This document shows, in pieces, positions 26,592 to 36,683 of a stretch of DNA of 64,000 nucleotides. The translations under genes were made by a program, and so were the position numbers. Under the pieces are notes generated by a model that worked only from the letters and a program-made list of their open reading frames with translations, was not told the DNA's origin and ran no database searches. Source of the DNA: Candidatus Bathyarchaeia archaeon (GTDB taxonomy: Archaea; Thermoproteota; Bathyarchaeia; Bathyarchaeales; Bathycorpusculaceae); NCBI GenBank assembly GCA_049515895.1, contig JBEKTQ010000004.1, forward strand, positions 32,001 through 96,000. Reading direction: 5' to 3'. The first letter of the stretch is position 1; each line of letters opens with the position of its first letter.

Positions 26592-27260
26592 TTGACCGTT
26601 TACTTATCCAGCATAGTCGGAAGCGCAAGCATAGGCGTATACGCACTAGCAACTGAGAATATAGTGATGATTCCAAGAATGGTGCCGCAGGAAAAAGCTC
26701 AAGAAATCGCTGATTGGCTGAAGGCTAAGCTGGTTTACACATCAATAGGCGGATCGGTTCTCGCAGGTGCCTTAGCTTGTGCAAACTCCAACGGTATGCT
26801 ACTGCCACACTACATACGTGAAGAGGAACTTACGCAGATAAAATCCGCTTTCGAAGGAAACATCACCATTATGGAAACAAAAAAGACGGCTTACGGCAAT
26901 CTGATCCTTGTTAACGACAAGGGCGCAGTGGCTGACCCGCGTTTGAAAAAACCTGAGACAAAACTAATTAGCGACACCCTCGGAGTTGAAGTTGTGCCGA
27001 CGGAAATAGCGGGATTACCGTATGTGGGGTCGCTAGCCGTGGCAACTAACAGCGGATTACTTGCGCACCCGCTTCTGAAGGATGAAGAAAGAAAAGTTTT
27101 GGAAAACGTTTTCAAGGTTCCAGTTGATGTGGGCACGGTTAACTGCGGTGTCCCCTACGTTGGAACAGGCCTTATTGCTAACTCACACGCTTCGGTGGCT
27201 GGCTCTATGACAACTGGACCAGAGATGTTCATAATTGAGCACGCCTTAGGAACTTTATAA
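26592..27260 (+). CDS. eif6: Translation initiation factor aIF-6
   Basis: IGVY, GNLILVNDKGA, VGSLAVATNSG..HP, GTVNCG, TTGPE. Confidence 0.94.
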   Translation: MTVYLSSIVGSASIGVYALATENIVMIPRMVPQEKAQEIADWLKAKLVYTSIGGSVLAGALACANSNGMLLPHYIREEELTQIKSAFEGNITIMETKKTAYGNLILVNDKGAVADPRLKKPETKLISDTLGVEVVPTEIAGLPYVGSLAVATNSGLLAHPLLKDEERKVLENVFKVPVDVGTVNCGVPYVGTGLIANSHASVAGSMTTGPEMFIIEHALGTL

Positions 27261-27387
27261 TGGCCAAGAGACTTAGTTCACATTAATCTTTACACAGAGT
27301 TGAAAGATGCGGAGCTTAGACCTCTATTTTTCGGTGAATATGTTTATTATTGGGAACGCTGTGGTTGTTGTGCGGAAAGATTGAAAA

Positions 27388-27615
27388 ATGAAAGCTTTCA
27401 AAGTAACCGGCCAAATCAACAAGCCGAATTTAAAGACTCCATTCGTCAGAGAACTGTTAGCGGACAAGAGTGAGCATGCGGTGGAGAAGGTTTTCGCCGA
27501 AATAGGTAGTAGGCACCGTGTGAAAAGATGTCACATTAAAATCACCGATGTCCAGGAAATTTCTGCTGACCAAATTGAGAATGCCATTCTTAAGAAAATA
27601 GTCATGGAGCAATAA
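27388..27615 (+). CDS. rpl18a: 50S ribosomal protein eL20 (L18Ae/LX)
   Basis: MKAFKVTG, AVEKVFAEIGSRHRVKR; lies between aIF6 and pfdA. Confidence 0.92.
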   Translation: MKAFKVTGQINKPNLKTPFVRELLADKSEHAVEKVFAEIGSRHRVKRCHIKITDVQEISADQIENAILKKIVMEQ

Positions 27616-27628
27616 GGAGAATAAACTT

Positions 27629-28069
27629 TTGGCGCAACCAGATAAATCCGAAGAAGAGCTTCGAAAGCTCAGCGTGGAGTTGCGGTATCTTGAGCAAACA
27701 GCAGATACCCTGCAGCAACGTATCAGCATGGTGAACGCAGCCATTTCAGACTTAACTTACGCAAACATGACTTTGGATGGAATTGAAAAGGAAAAAGAAA
27801 ACTCTGAGCTTCTAGTTCCTATTGGCGGAAGCGCATACGTTAAAGCTAGGCTTGCGGAAACAAACACGGTTATAGTCGGAATGGGCGCAGGCGTTTCCAT
27901 AGAAAAAACGTTAGCTGAAGCAAGAGTAACCCTCAAAGAACGGTTAGACGAATTGGAGAAAACCATGAATTCAGCCCAACAACAGTTTAGTCAGGTGGCT
28001 GAAAGGATGAACACGGGCAGAGGAAGGCTTGAAACTCTGCTTTCATCTGGCAGAGAAGGGAAACCTTGA
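27629..28069 (+). CDS. pfdA: Prefoldin alpha subunit
   Basis: Coiled coils flanking ELLVPIGGSAYV..VIVGMGAGVSIEK. Confidence 0.93.
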   Translation: MAQPDKSEEELRKLSVELRYLEQTADTLQQRISMVNAAISDLTYANMTLDGIEKEKENSELLVPIGGSAYVKARLAETNTVIVGMGAGVSIEKTLAEARVTLKERLDELEKTMNSAQQQFSQVAERMNTGRGRLETLLSSGREGKP

Positions 28070-28073
28070 ACCG

Positions 28074-28979
28074 ATGTTTGAGAAGCTCAAGTCAGGTTTT
28101 AAAGGCTTAATAAGTAAAGTTACTACAGCCGAGTTTAAACCTGAAAATCTTGCTCCTATATTGTCAGATTTCAAAATGAGCCTTGTCCAGAATGATGTTG
28201 CTTTTCCAGTCGCGGACAAAATCAGCGATGACCTGGAAAAGCGCCTTGTAGGAGTCCAGGTTAAGCGGTTGGATGACAAGAAAAAAATCGTTGAGGAAAA
28301 TCTCAGACAGGTTCTTTTGGAAGTTATGTTAACCGACGTTAGAGTTGATTTGCTCAAGTTGGCTGATGAGAAGCGAAAGGAGAAAGAGCCGTTTGTCTTA
28401 ATGTTTGTCGGCATCAACGGCACGGGAAAAACCACGACAGTGGCCAAGGTCGCTCAGTTTTTCAGTGACAAACGCTTTTCAGTTGTGCTCGCTGGCGCAG
28501 ATACTTACCGAGCTGGCTCAATCGAGCAATTGGAAGAGCACGCCAAACGTTTAGGCATGCGCATCATCAAAAGCAATTACGGCGGTGACCCCGCGGCAGT
28601 TGCCTACGACGCCGTTAATCATGCTAAGGCACACGGAATCAATGTTGTTTTGATTGACACAGCAGGTAGAATGCAGACTAACCAGAACCTGATGAATGAG
28701 CTTATCAAAGTGAAGCGTGTTGTAGGTCCAGACTTAACCGTTTTAACGGTGGATTCGCTGATTGGCAACGACGCGGTTATGCAAGCGGAAGAATTCAACA
28801 AGGCTGTCGGCGTAGACGCTACGATTTTGACGAAGGTTGACGCTGACGTGAAGGGTGGCTCTGCGCTCAGTGTAACTTACGTGACTCAGAAGCCAATCCT
28901 CTTTATAGGGGTCGGCCAAAGGTACAAGGATTTGGAACTGTTTAACCCTGAAAAATTCGTCAACATGGTGCTACGTTAA
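28074..28979 (+). CDS. ftsY: SRP receptor FtsY
   Basis: GINGTGKTTT, DTYRAG, DTAGR, TKVDADVKGG; ATG 28074 follows the pfdA stop. Confidence 0.95.
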   Translation: MFEKLKSGFKGLISKVTTAEFKPENLAPILSDFKMSLVQNDVAFPVADKISDDLEKRLVGVQVKRLDDKKKIVEENLRQVLLEVMLTDVRVDLLKLADEKRKEKEPFVLMFVGINGTGKTTTVAKVAQFFSDKRFSVVLAGADTYRAGSIEQLEEHAKRLGMRIIKSNYGGDPAAVAYDAVNHAKAHGINVVLIDTAGRMQTNQNLMNELIKVKRVVGPDLTVLTVDSLIGNDAVMQAEEFNKAVGVDATILTKVDADVKGGSALSVTYVTQKPILFIGVGQRYKDLELFNPEKFVNMVLR

Positions 28980-28981
28980 GT

Positions 28982-29341
28982 TTAGGTCTCTTCTAAGTCG
29001 ATCAGTTCAAAACGGATTTTGCTCGGGTAAACCCAGTAGGCTTTGATGAAGTCTTCAATGTTCTGATCGATATCTACCGCTTCAAAGAAATTAACGAATT
29101 CCTCGTCAACGCCTTCAACGTTTTTCGAGGTGTACACTCTCAAGTTAGCCAAGTACTCCTTTTCGAGGCTGAGTTCACCCATTGAAACCATTTCTGGCAC
29201 CTCAACCCCAAACATTAAGTTGGTCAAAACGTCCAAAACAGCAGCTTTGCGTACTTTTTCGCTCTTAGTTTTTACAACAATCAACCGTTTGTCAAAAACT
29301 CTGAAATTCCAGTCACTTTCAACATCCAAAGAAGCCGACAT
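28982..29341 (-). CDS. Hypothetical protein
   Basis: About 119-aa ORF convergent with ftsY; no motif recognised. Confidence 0.55.
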   Translation of the reverse strand: MSASLDVESDWNFRVFDKRLIVVKTKSEKVRKAAVLDVLTNLMFGVEVPEMVSMGELSLEKEYLANLRVYTSKNVEGVDEEFVNFFEAVDIDQNIEDFIKAYWVYPSKIRFELIDLEET

Positions 29342-29621
29342 AAAAATCACAGTAAAACTAGACACTTCCACCTTAAAAAACTTAAAGACACCCTCCTATG
29401 GATTTTCTATAGATTATTTGTGAAACTATTAAGAGCCTAAAAAAAGATTGTTTCTTCTGCCAAGAATAGCGCAGAGCTGAATAGGAAATAAAGCTTCAGC
29501 GAATCAACGTTTAACAAGTCTCCATATTTCATCCACAGAGATGGATCCCCTAATCTTGCCCACCACTTGTTGAACGTGATTCGCTGAGCATTCGTTCTTC
29601 TTGGCTAGATAATTTTTTTGC

Positions 29622-29840
29622 TTATTTCTTGTTTTCTGTCTTTTTCCATTTAGCTTGGTCACGTAAGTTTTGTACAGGCGAATCATCCGTGTAGCCTAAG
29701 GTGGCTTGAGTTTTCAGTTTATAGTTTTTCTCAGCTTCTTTGGCTTTGCTCTCTTTATCGCTAAGCTCCAAGCTTCCCTCCAGCTTCCGTATTGTCTTGC
29801 CTATTCTACGTTGACCCTTCGTTACCGTGCATCTACCCAT
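29622..29840 (-). CDS. Small basic hypothetical protein
   Basis: ATG 29840 gives a 72-aa Lys/Arg-rich ORF (MGRCTVTKGQRRIGK...) divergent from the SRPBCC gene. Confidence 0.45.
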   Translation of the reverse strand: MGRCTVTKGQRRIGKTIRKLEGSLELSDKESKAKEAEKNYKLKTQATLGYTDDSPVQNLRDQAKWKKTENKK

Positions 29841-29913
29841 TTCTGGTCCCAACTGTAACTGAGCACTAAAGTTAAAAAACCCTTTCACAATAGTTTTGAT
29901 GGTGACGTTATTT

Positions 29914-30327
29914 ATGAAAACAAAAGTCAGAACCATAAAACAAAAAGTTGTAATTCCAGCTTCTCCCAAAGAAGTTTACGACGCCTACGTTGACCCGAAA
30001 AAACACAGCAAATTTACGGGAAGCAAGGCAACAGGCAAAGCAGTGGTCGGCGGCAAATTTACAGCTTGGGATCGATACATTTTTGGGAAATTTCTTGAAC
30101 TTGATGATGGGAAACATGTGGTCCAAGAGTGGACATCGACTGATTTTCCGGAAGGCTATGGTCCTTCAAAGTTAGAGTTATGTTTCAACAAGGTGCCTGA
30201 GGGAACAGAGCTCGTTATGGTGCAGTCAGATGTTCCAGAGGAGATAGCAGACGACGCTGCCGAGGGCTGGACAGAGTGGTATTGGAATCCCCTAAAGGAA
30301 TATTTTAGCGGCAAATCCAAAGCTTAG
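29914..30327 (+). CDS. SRPBCC/AHSA1 (activator of Hsp90 ATPase homolog) domain protein
   Basis: ASPKEVYDAYVD, GGKFTAWD, VVQEW, GWTEWYWNPLKEY. Confidence 0.85.
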   Translation: MKTKVRTIKQKVVIPASPKEVYDAYVDPKKHSKFTGSKATGKAVVGGKFTAWDRYIFGKFLELDDGKHVVQEWTSTDFPEGYGPSKLELCFNKVPEGTELVMVQSDVPEEIADDAAEGWTEWYWNPLKEYFSGKSKA

Positions 30328-30350
30328 TTGAAAAACGCTTGTTTAATGCA

Positions 30351-31610
30351 TTATTGCAGCTCATTCTTTGCTTCATCTCTTTTTTTGGCAACGCCTGACA
30401 GGAAAAAGACTGCAGCCGAAGCCGCAAGTAGCAGCGTTAGGGATGAAAAGAGCCCGCTGTAGCTGAGAATTGACGCTAAGATTACGCCGCTTATTATGGG
30501 TCCAACGGCTTGCCCTATATCCATCATCGTGCTCAAAAAACCCATTGAAGTGCCTACAAGGTTAGCCGGGTTAACCTCAACCATGATTGGTGAGGTTGAC
30601 GAAATTACCATGGCAAAGCCTAAGCCGTAGCCTACGGAGACCAGAATGAATACCCAGTATTGAGTGGTAAATGGAATTATGAATAAAAGCCCTCCGCTCA
30701 AGAGGCAGCCTATGACCACGGGTACGCGTCGGCTGGTTCTATCTGAGAAGCGCCCCATTACCGGTCTAGACACTATCAGAGAGACGATTTGCACAGTCAT
30801 GACGATGCCTATCTCAAACGAGTTAAAACCTGCTACGTGCTGCATATACAGCACTAAATAGAATTCCACGACGCCGTAAACGTAATACTGCACTGACTGA
30901 ACAAACGTAACAATTAACGTGCCCTTATTAGTTGCAACCTCAAGCCAACCCCTTAACAGCTTCCTGGTTGAAAACGGCGCCTTCAGTGTCTCGGCGGGCA
31001 CGGTTTTTGTTTCTCGAAGCAAAAGAAGCGCTATTACAAACGCGATGGCGCCTGAGACGCCAACAGCTATGTATAATATTGCAAAGTTGCTCGGAGTTGT
31101 TAAGCCTTGATTCGTCAAGAGTAAAATGTAGCCGCCCAAAGCTGGTGCAAGTCCTCTTCCCACATAAGTCGCAGCGTTGAAATCGGAAATGCGTTCGCCT
31201 TTTTTTGCGGGAAACTGCTCTGCAATAGTAGCTTCAGCAACAGGGACAAAAATCGCGGTTGCAAAGCCATGGTAAAACCTCACGAGCGCAAGCTGCCACC
31301 AGACCGTAACCAGCAAGTAAAGGAAAGGTGCCGACGCGAAGATGAAGGTTGCAAGTAGGACAAATTTTCTTCTTCCGAAATGATCTGATAATGAAGCTGC
31401 TGGCAGACTAACCAAGATTCCTGGAATGGTGGAGGCGGCTGCAACAAACCCAGTGAGATCAGCAGGTGTGTTGAGTTTTGAGACAAAAAATGGTAGAACT
31501 GGGTCTTTTGACATGGTGGAGCTTAAGATGGCGAAGGCTCCCATGAAGCATAAAATCAAAAAGTATGGGTCTGTGAGGGTTTTTCTAGCCTTCGTCAGCT
31601 GCATGAGCAA
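30351..31610 (-). CDS. MFS transporter
   Basis: About 12 TM segments; motif A SLSDHFGRRK and GRFSDRTSRR. Confidence 0.9.
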   Translation of the reverse strand: MLMQLTKARKTLTDPYFLILCFMGAFAILSSTMSKDPVLPFFVSKLNTPADLTGFVAAASTIPGILVSLPAASLSDHFGRRKFVLLATFIFASAPFLYLLVTVWWQLALVRFYHGFATAIFVPVAEATIAEQFPAKKGERISDFNAATYVGRGLAPALGGYILLLTNQGLTTPSNFAILYIAVGVSGAIAFVIALLLLRETKTVPAETLKAPFSTRKLLRGWLEVATNKGTLIVTFVQSVQYYVYGVVEFYLVLYMQHVAGFNSFEIGIVMTVQIVSLIVSRPVMGRFSDRTSRRVPVVIGCLLSGGLLFIIPFTTQYWVFILVSVGYGLGFAMVISSTSPIMVEVNPANLVGTSMGFLSTMMDIGQAVGPIISGVILASILSYSGLFSSLTLLLAASAAVFFLSGVAKKRDEAKNELQ

Positions 31611-31712
31611 TCAACAGATTACAGTTTGAGTAACTGGTATTTTGATTTTTCTTTCAAATGCGCAAAGTTGATATACGTTTTTTAGCGCATAGACGCTTAA
31701 CGGAGACGAGGC

Positions 31713-32420
31713 ATGACTTTAGCATTATTCTTGGTTAATAGTTACCTCAAAGAATCCGATGCCCAAGTAGTTGCAGTTAACGAGGGAAAATTCGTTGTTT
31801 TGGACCAAACAATCTTTTACGCTAAAGGCGGAGGACAACCAAACGATACAGGCAAAATAATCAAAGGCTCCGAAGTCTATGACGTGGTTTATGTGGGCAA
31901 GTTTTCGGGTGAAATTTCCCATGAAGTTGACCGCGTCGGGCTTCAAGTGGGCGATAAGGTTCATTTAGTACTGGATTGGGAGCGGAGGTACAAGCTTATG
32001 CGCAGTCACACAGCCGCCCACGTTGTTGCTTCACTGCTTAATCAAGGTACGGGGGCTCTTATCACGGGCAACCAACTTGACGTAGACCACACCCGATTTG
32101 ACTTCAACCTAGAAACTTTCGATCGACAAATCTTAGAAGCGCACATAGCTAAGGCTAACAGGCTTTTCGGCACCGATGTGCCCGTGAAATGGTATGACCT
32201 CCCCAGAGAAGAAGCCATGAAGATTCCCGGCGTAGTCAAGATGGCCGGCGCCTTCCCGCCAGACCTGCCTTCGCTGAGAATCGTAGAAATCGTCGGAGTT
32301 GACAAACAAGCGGACGGGGGAACTCACGTGAAGAACCTGCAAGAAGTTGGCCAAGTTCAGCTTTTGAAAACAGAAAACAAGGGAAAAAACAATAGGCGAA
32401 TCTATTTTAAACTATATTGA
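31713..32420 (+). CDS. alaXM: Alanyl-tRNA editing protein AlaX-M
   Basis: FYAKGGGQPNDTG, MRSHTAAH, ADGGTHV. Confidence 0.92.
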   Translation: MTLALFLVNSYLKESDAQVVAVNEGKFVVLDQTIFYAKGGGQPNDTGKIIKGSEVYDVVYVGKFSGEISHEVDRVGLQVGDKVHLVLDWERRYKLMRSHTAAHVVASLLNQGTGALITGNQLDVDHTRFDFNLETFDRQILEAHIAKANRLFGTDVPVKWYDLPREEAMKIPGVVKMAGAFPPDLPSLRIVEIVGVDKQADGGTHVKNLQEVGQVQLLKTENKGKNNRRIYFKLY

Positions 32421-32581
32421 AAAAGTTGCGTAAGACGAAAAGAGGAAAGCTCGGAGCTGAATTCTGACGCAGTCCTCGTTCAAATTCCGTCCTGTGGTTC
32501 GTGATCTACAAATGGCTGTTTTTGAGTTAGTTTTATTAGCAGTTGCAATTGATATTGCTTGGAAAAAAGAGAGGAGAAAAT

Positions 32582-33955
32582 TTGAACAAGAAAATACTGG
32601 CATTAATTGTAGCCATAATCATAATCGTTTCGACCATTGCAGCAGTAGAGCTAATTCAACCAGCAGCATCACCTAACGCACGGTCAATAAATATAGGCTT
32701 AGTTGCTCCGATATCGAAATCACCTGTTGGAACTGACATGCAGAGGGCAGCAGAACTTGCTGTAAACGAAATTAACCAAAATGGCGGCGTCTACGTATCA
32801 AGTTGGCATACTCACGTAAATATCACTCTAACGCCCGTTGACACAATCGATGACTCTCCAGGCAACGCAGTAACTCCGGTAACGCAAGCAGTAACATCGG
32901 AAAAAGTTGATATGCTCATAGGAGGATATGGAAGCGCAGGAACTCTTGCTGACGAAGTCGTAGCAATCAACAACAAGGTCCCATTCATAATTACAGGCGC
33001 CTCAAACCGACTTGTAACCACAAGAGGACCACAAGGCAACTACGGCGGCCTTGGCGCAACCGCAGCCAACAGCATAACTGACGCGGACGGAATGAGTTAC
33101 GTATTCCACTATTGTACTACCACTTACGACTATACCAAAACAATAGTTGACTTCTTTGCCACGCAAATGAAGCCGATGGTAGCAGCTAACCGCAACTTCA
33201 ACCTTGCAATATTCTACCGAAACGACGCCTTCGGGCAGGGCGTTGACCAAGCAGCTAAATACTGGATACAAAATGAAAGCCTACCCATTAACATCGTAGC
33301 AGAAAGGAATTACGACCCCAACACCGTTAACTATCAAACCGACCTTACAGTAGTTCAAGCAGCAAAGCCAGATGCAGTCATTGTCGCGGATAACCCAGAT
33401 AAAACGCCATTAATAATTCAGCAAGGCTGGAACGATGTTGGACTGAAAACAGTTTACATGGCAATCGAAAACAATCAGGACCCAACATTCTACTCGCTTT
33501 TGGAAAGCAGCGGCAGCGGAAATGGGCAACTCTTGGAATCAAAAATGGATCCCTTCATGATACCCTCATACTCAACGGCGGTGCAGACGTACTCTAAAGA
33601 GTTCTACGCTAAATATGGTGTTTACCCTGGAATGATGGGTGCTGACACATACGACGCGTTTTACATTGCTAAAGCCGCAATCGAAAGTGCAGGAACGGTG
33701 GACAAAGCTTCAGTACGAACAGCTATAGAAGGCACCAACATGAACCAAAGGCTCGTTATGACACAAAACTGCAAAATACAATTCAGTTCGGGCGTTGACT
33801 GGCACCAGATAAAACCAGTGACTTTCATTGAACAACTTGTTTTGAACTCAACCTCGAACAAGCTAGAGTCGCAAATAGTTTGGTCACCGACTCCCATAAC
33901 AAACTTTACGCCTTCGACCTTCACTCTGCCAGCAGGCTACAAATCCGGAAGCTAA
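32582..33955 (+). CDS. Branched-chain amino acid (HAAT) ABC substrate-binding protein
   Basis: Signal/TM after TTG 32582 (SD GAGGAG); IGLVAP, ELAVNEINQNGG, IGGYGS, NDAFG, YDA. Confidence 0.85.
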   Translation: MNKKILALIVAIIIIVSTIAAVELIQPAASPNARSINIGLVAPISKSPVGTDMQRAAELAVNEINQNGGVYVSSWHTHVNITLTPVDTIDDSPGNAVTPVTQAVTSEKVDMLIGGYGSAGTLADEVVAINNKVPFIITGASNRLVTTRGPQGNYGGLGATAANSITDADGMSYVFHYCTTTYDYTKTIVDFFATQMKPMVAANRNFNLAIFYRNDAFGQGVDQAAKYWIQNESLPINIVAERNYDPNTVNYQTDLTVVQAAKPDAVIVADNPDKTPLIIQQGWNDVGLKTVYMAIENNQDPTFYSLLESSGSGNGQLLESKMDPFMIPSYSTAVQTYSKEFYAKYGVYPGMMGADTYDAFYIAKAAIESAGTVDKASVRTAIEGTNMNQRLVMTQNCKIQFSSGVDWHQIKPVTFIEQLVLNSTSNKLESQIVWSPTPITNFTPSTFTLPAGYKSGS

Positions 33956-34075
33956 ACGAGCTTCCTCCAAACTTTTCTTTTTATTTTTCCCTCAGTCAGA
34001 TATATTTTAAATAGTCAAGTACCGTTATTTCTCCAAGTGCCAACCGTTTGAGGGGAATTACATAAAGGGGTTCAC

Positions 34076-34954
34076 ATGGACATAACCGCAGGAACAATTC
34101 TTTTGACCTTGGTTTGGGGAATAGCGGTTGGCTGCATCTACATGCTGCTTGCAAGTGGACTAAACATCATTTTCGGAGTAATGAAGCTCGTGAACTTTGC
34201 GCATGGACAACTTCTAATGATTGGAGCCTACGCCACATGGGCTATCTCAGTTGCTTCAGGTTTGAACGCCTACGAAGCTATCTTTATTTCAATGGCCTTA
34301 GTTGCTGCTCTCGGCGTTGTTGTTGAAAGGCTAACTTTCCGCAAAGTTCTCGGGACCGAGAAACTAAACGAGATTTTTGTCAGCCTTGGATTGATTTACA
34401 TTTTTGAGAACGCTGCCTTGCTTTTATGGGGCGATCAATCACAACGCATTGTCAGTCCTTTTGCTGGACTAAGTTTTGATTTAACGGCTTTCTCCATCAC
34501 GTACGACCGAGTTGTTGCTATGATTGTTGTGGTCGCGATTTTGGTTGCTTTCGGATGGTTAATCTACAGAACAAAGATTGGATTAGCAATGCGAGCGACA
34601 AGCCAACGAAATGTCACGGCTTCGCTTATGGGCATTAACATAGAGAGAATCTACATGATTACTTTTGCCTTAGGCTCAGCTATGGCAGCTGCAGCAGGAG
34701 GATTATACGGCATTATCTTCACCTTCAATTCCCAAAGCGGAGCGATGCCAACAATCATTGCTTTTGCAATAATTATTCTTGGGGGTTTGGGAAGCATTAG
34801 AGGAGCAATTGTAGGAGGTTTGCTTTACGGTATCGCGGAACAAATGGCGACCTTGTTTCTAGGGGGAATATGGGCAAGTGCTGTCGCTTTTGCCCTTCTG
34901 ATCGCTGTCCTTATTATCAAACCTAACGGATTATTCGGCGAGAAAGGAGAATGA
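34076..34954 (+). CDS. livH: HAAT ABC permease LivH-like
   Basis: GLNIIFGVMKLVNFAHG, GLAMRA, IILGGLGSIRG, KPNGLFG. Confidence 0.9.
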   Translation: MDITAGTILLTLVWGIAVGCIYMLLASGLNIIFGVMKLVNFAHGQLLMIGAYATWAISVASGLNAYEAIFISMALVAALGVVVERLTFRKVLGTEKLNEIFVSLGLIYIFENAALLLWGDQSQRIVSPFAGLSFDLTAFSITYDRVVAMIVVVAILVAFGWLIYRTKIGLAMRATSQRNVTASLMGINIERIYMITFALGSAMAAAAGGLYGIIFTFNSQSGAMPTIIAFAIIILGGLGSIRGAIVGGLLYGIAEQMATLFLGGIWASAVAFALLIAVLIIKPNGLFGEKGE

Positions 34955-34955
34955 C

Positions 34956-36020
34956 ATGCCAAGCAAACAGAAAGTTGCCACGTTCCTGCGTTCAAAAGGC
35001 TTCCAGATTTTGCTTATTTCATTCGCTATCTTAGCGCTAATTCCAGTCTTGATACGGGATAGTTTCTTCTTGTTTGTTTTTACTCTAATTTTTATCTTCG
35101 CGATTTACGCAGCAAGCTGGAATTTTCTGTCCAATTCGGGGCAAGGTTCCCTGGGTCATGCTGCTTTCCTAGGGATAGGCGGCTTCGCCTCCGCCATCAT
35201 TGGATCGAGACTTTCCGTTGCAATAATCATAACCCTGAAAGTGGATACAATGCCAATTGGAGCCTTGTCGGTGCTTCTCCAGATCATGGTGCTTCTTTTA
35301 GGCGGTTTACTTTCAGCGGGAATCGGTTTACTAATCGGTTTGGCTTGCGTCCGGTTGAAAGCTTGGTATCTGGCAATGGTCACGTTCGGTTTTTCAGTCA
35401 TAATTAACACCCTTTCAAGCCAATTCGATTCTTTCACCAACGGGATATATGGATTTGCCCCTGCGATATTTGTTCCAAGTGGCTTTCCGTTTTACATTTT
35501 GGTCATTTCTTTCGCCGTGCTTTCCATCGGGATCATGCACGCTGTAATGAAGTCTCGAATGGGATTGGCGTTCCGAGCCATACACGGTAACGAGGCTGAG
35601 GCAAAAATGATCGGCATTAACACCCCAAAGTACAAGCTCATAGCCTTTACCATCAGCACATTTTTCGCTGGCATTGCTGGTGGATTATATGTTTACTTTA
35701 TTCGGTTTGTGGATAACTCTATTTTTTCGCCTGCTAACTCATTTTTACCGCTAATAATGTCTGTTATCGGCGGTCTGGGAACTGTAAGCGGACCAGTAAT
35801 CGGCTCAATTTTCTTGACATCCGTAGGGCAGATTCTTACAACGCAGCCCGTTACTCAAGGGCTAAGTAATACGCTGGGACCGTTCTTCCCTAAGGTCGGC
35901 TATGTTGGACCGCCGCTGACCTACCTTTTCATAGGTGTCATTCTAATAGCGATTGTTGTTTTCAGTCCGAAAGGGCTAGAATCGCTGTTCCGTAAATTTT
36001 ACAAATACCTCGTTTCCTAA
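34956..36020 (+). CDS. livM: HAAT ABC permease LivM-like
   Basis: SWNFL..GQGSLGHAAF, YLAMVT, GLAFRAI, IGGLGT..GP, PKGL. Confidence 0.9.
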   Translation: MPSKQKVATFLRSKGFQILLISFAILALIPVLIRDSFFLFVFTLIFIFAIYAASWNFLSNSGQGSLGHAAFLGIGGFASAIIGSRLSVAIIITLKVDTMPIGALSVLLQIMVLLLGGLLSAGIGLLIGLACVRLKAWYLAMVTFGFSVIINTLSSQFDSFTNGIYGFAPAIFVPSGFPFYILVISFAVLSIGIMHAVMKSRMGLAFRAIHGNEAEAKMIGINTPKYKLIAFTISTFFAGIAGGLYVYFIRFVDNSIFSPANSFLPLIMSVIGGLGTVSGPVIGSIFLTSVGQILTTQPVTQGLSNTLGPFFPKVGYVGPPLTYLFIGVILIAIVVFSPKGLESLFRKFYKYLVS

Positions 36021-36078
36021 AAAAATCGCGCGAATAACTTGTTACATCTGCCATTCTTTTACTTGAAATTAGAAGTTT

Positions 36079-36525
36079 TCATTGAAAATACTTTTTGATT
36101 TCTTCAAGCGACAGAACGGCAACGTCATTTGCGGCTAACACTTGCTCTGTTTTTTCAACATTGCTGGTGCGCATGATCAACGCGATTTTGCCGTCGACAT
36201 GTACAGCTGAAGAATAAGCGTATTCGATGTTGATGCTCCCGTCGCCCAGAATCTTTGTTATTTTCGATAGAGTATCTTTCTCAGACATGAAGACAGCTGT
36301 TACTTCCGTGTTCTTCTTGGATTTAGCAAGGTTGAAATCTGCGTCTTCCAAGAACTTTGCCGCTTTGGCCGGGTCTTCAGTCACCAATCTCACTAGACCA
36401 AACTCGCCTGCGTCCGCAATTGATAGGGCGAAAACTTTCAGTTTGTTGCGGTCAAGCTGCGACATAACGTCAAAAAGGGACCCTGGATGATTGTCCAGGA
36501 AAACGCTTACTTGAGTTATTGGCAA
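36079..36525 (-). CDS. Tandem ACT-domain protein (type often linked to paaK/ior)
   Basis: QVSVFLDNHPGSL, ALSIADAGEFGLVRL, INIEYAY. Confidence 0.88.
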   Translation of the reverse strand: MPITQVSVFLDNHPGSLFDVMSQLDRNKLKVFALSIADAGEFGLVRLVTEDPAKAAKFLEDADFNLAKSKKNTEVTAVFMSEKDTLSKITKILGDGSINIEYAYSSAVHVDGKIALIMRTSNVEKTEQVLAANDVAVLSLEEIKKYFQ

Positions 36526-36683
36526 TCTCTACACCGATACCAAATAGTAGCAAATAATATTTAACTTTAACCAAGCTTCAACCATTCAACGACCACAAAT
36601 GAGACGAAATAAAAATAGTCTCTGTTTTTACCAAACCTTATATTTCGAATTTGATTATTTCTTGCTAATCGGAGACAGCAATT

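Noticed and set aside
28029-28073. FtsY extension overlapping pfdA
   Set aside because: ATG 28074 (MFEKLK) is the typical archaeal FtsY start
32300-32335. AlaX with DGGTH in place of CGGTH
   Set aside because: Asp at this Zn-ligand position is a variant I recall in archaeal AlaX-M proteins; not evidence of inactivation
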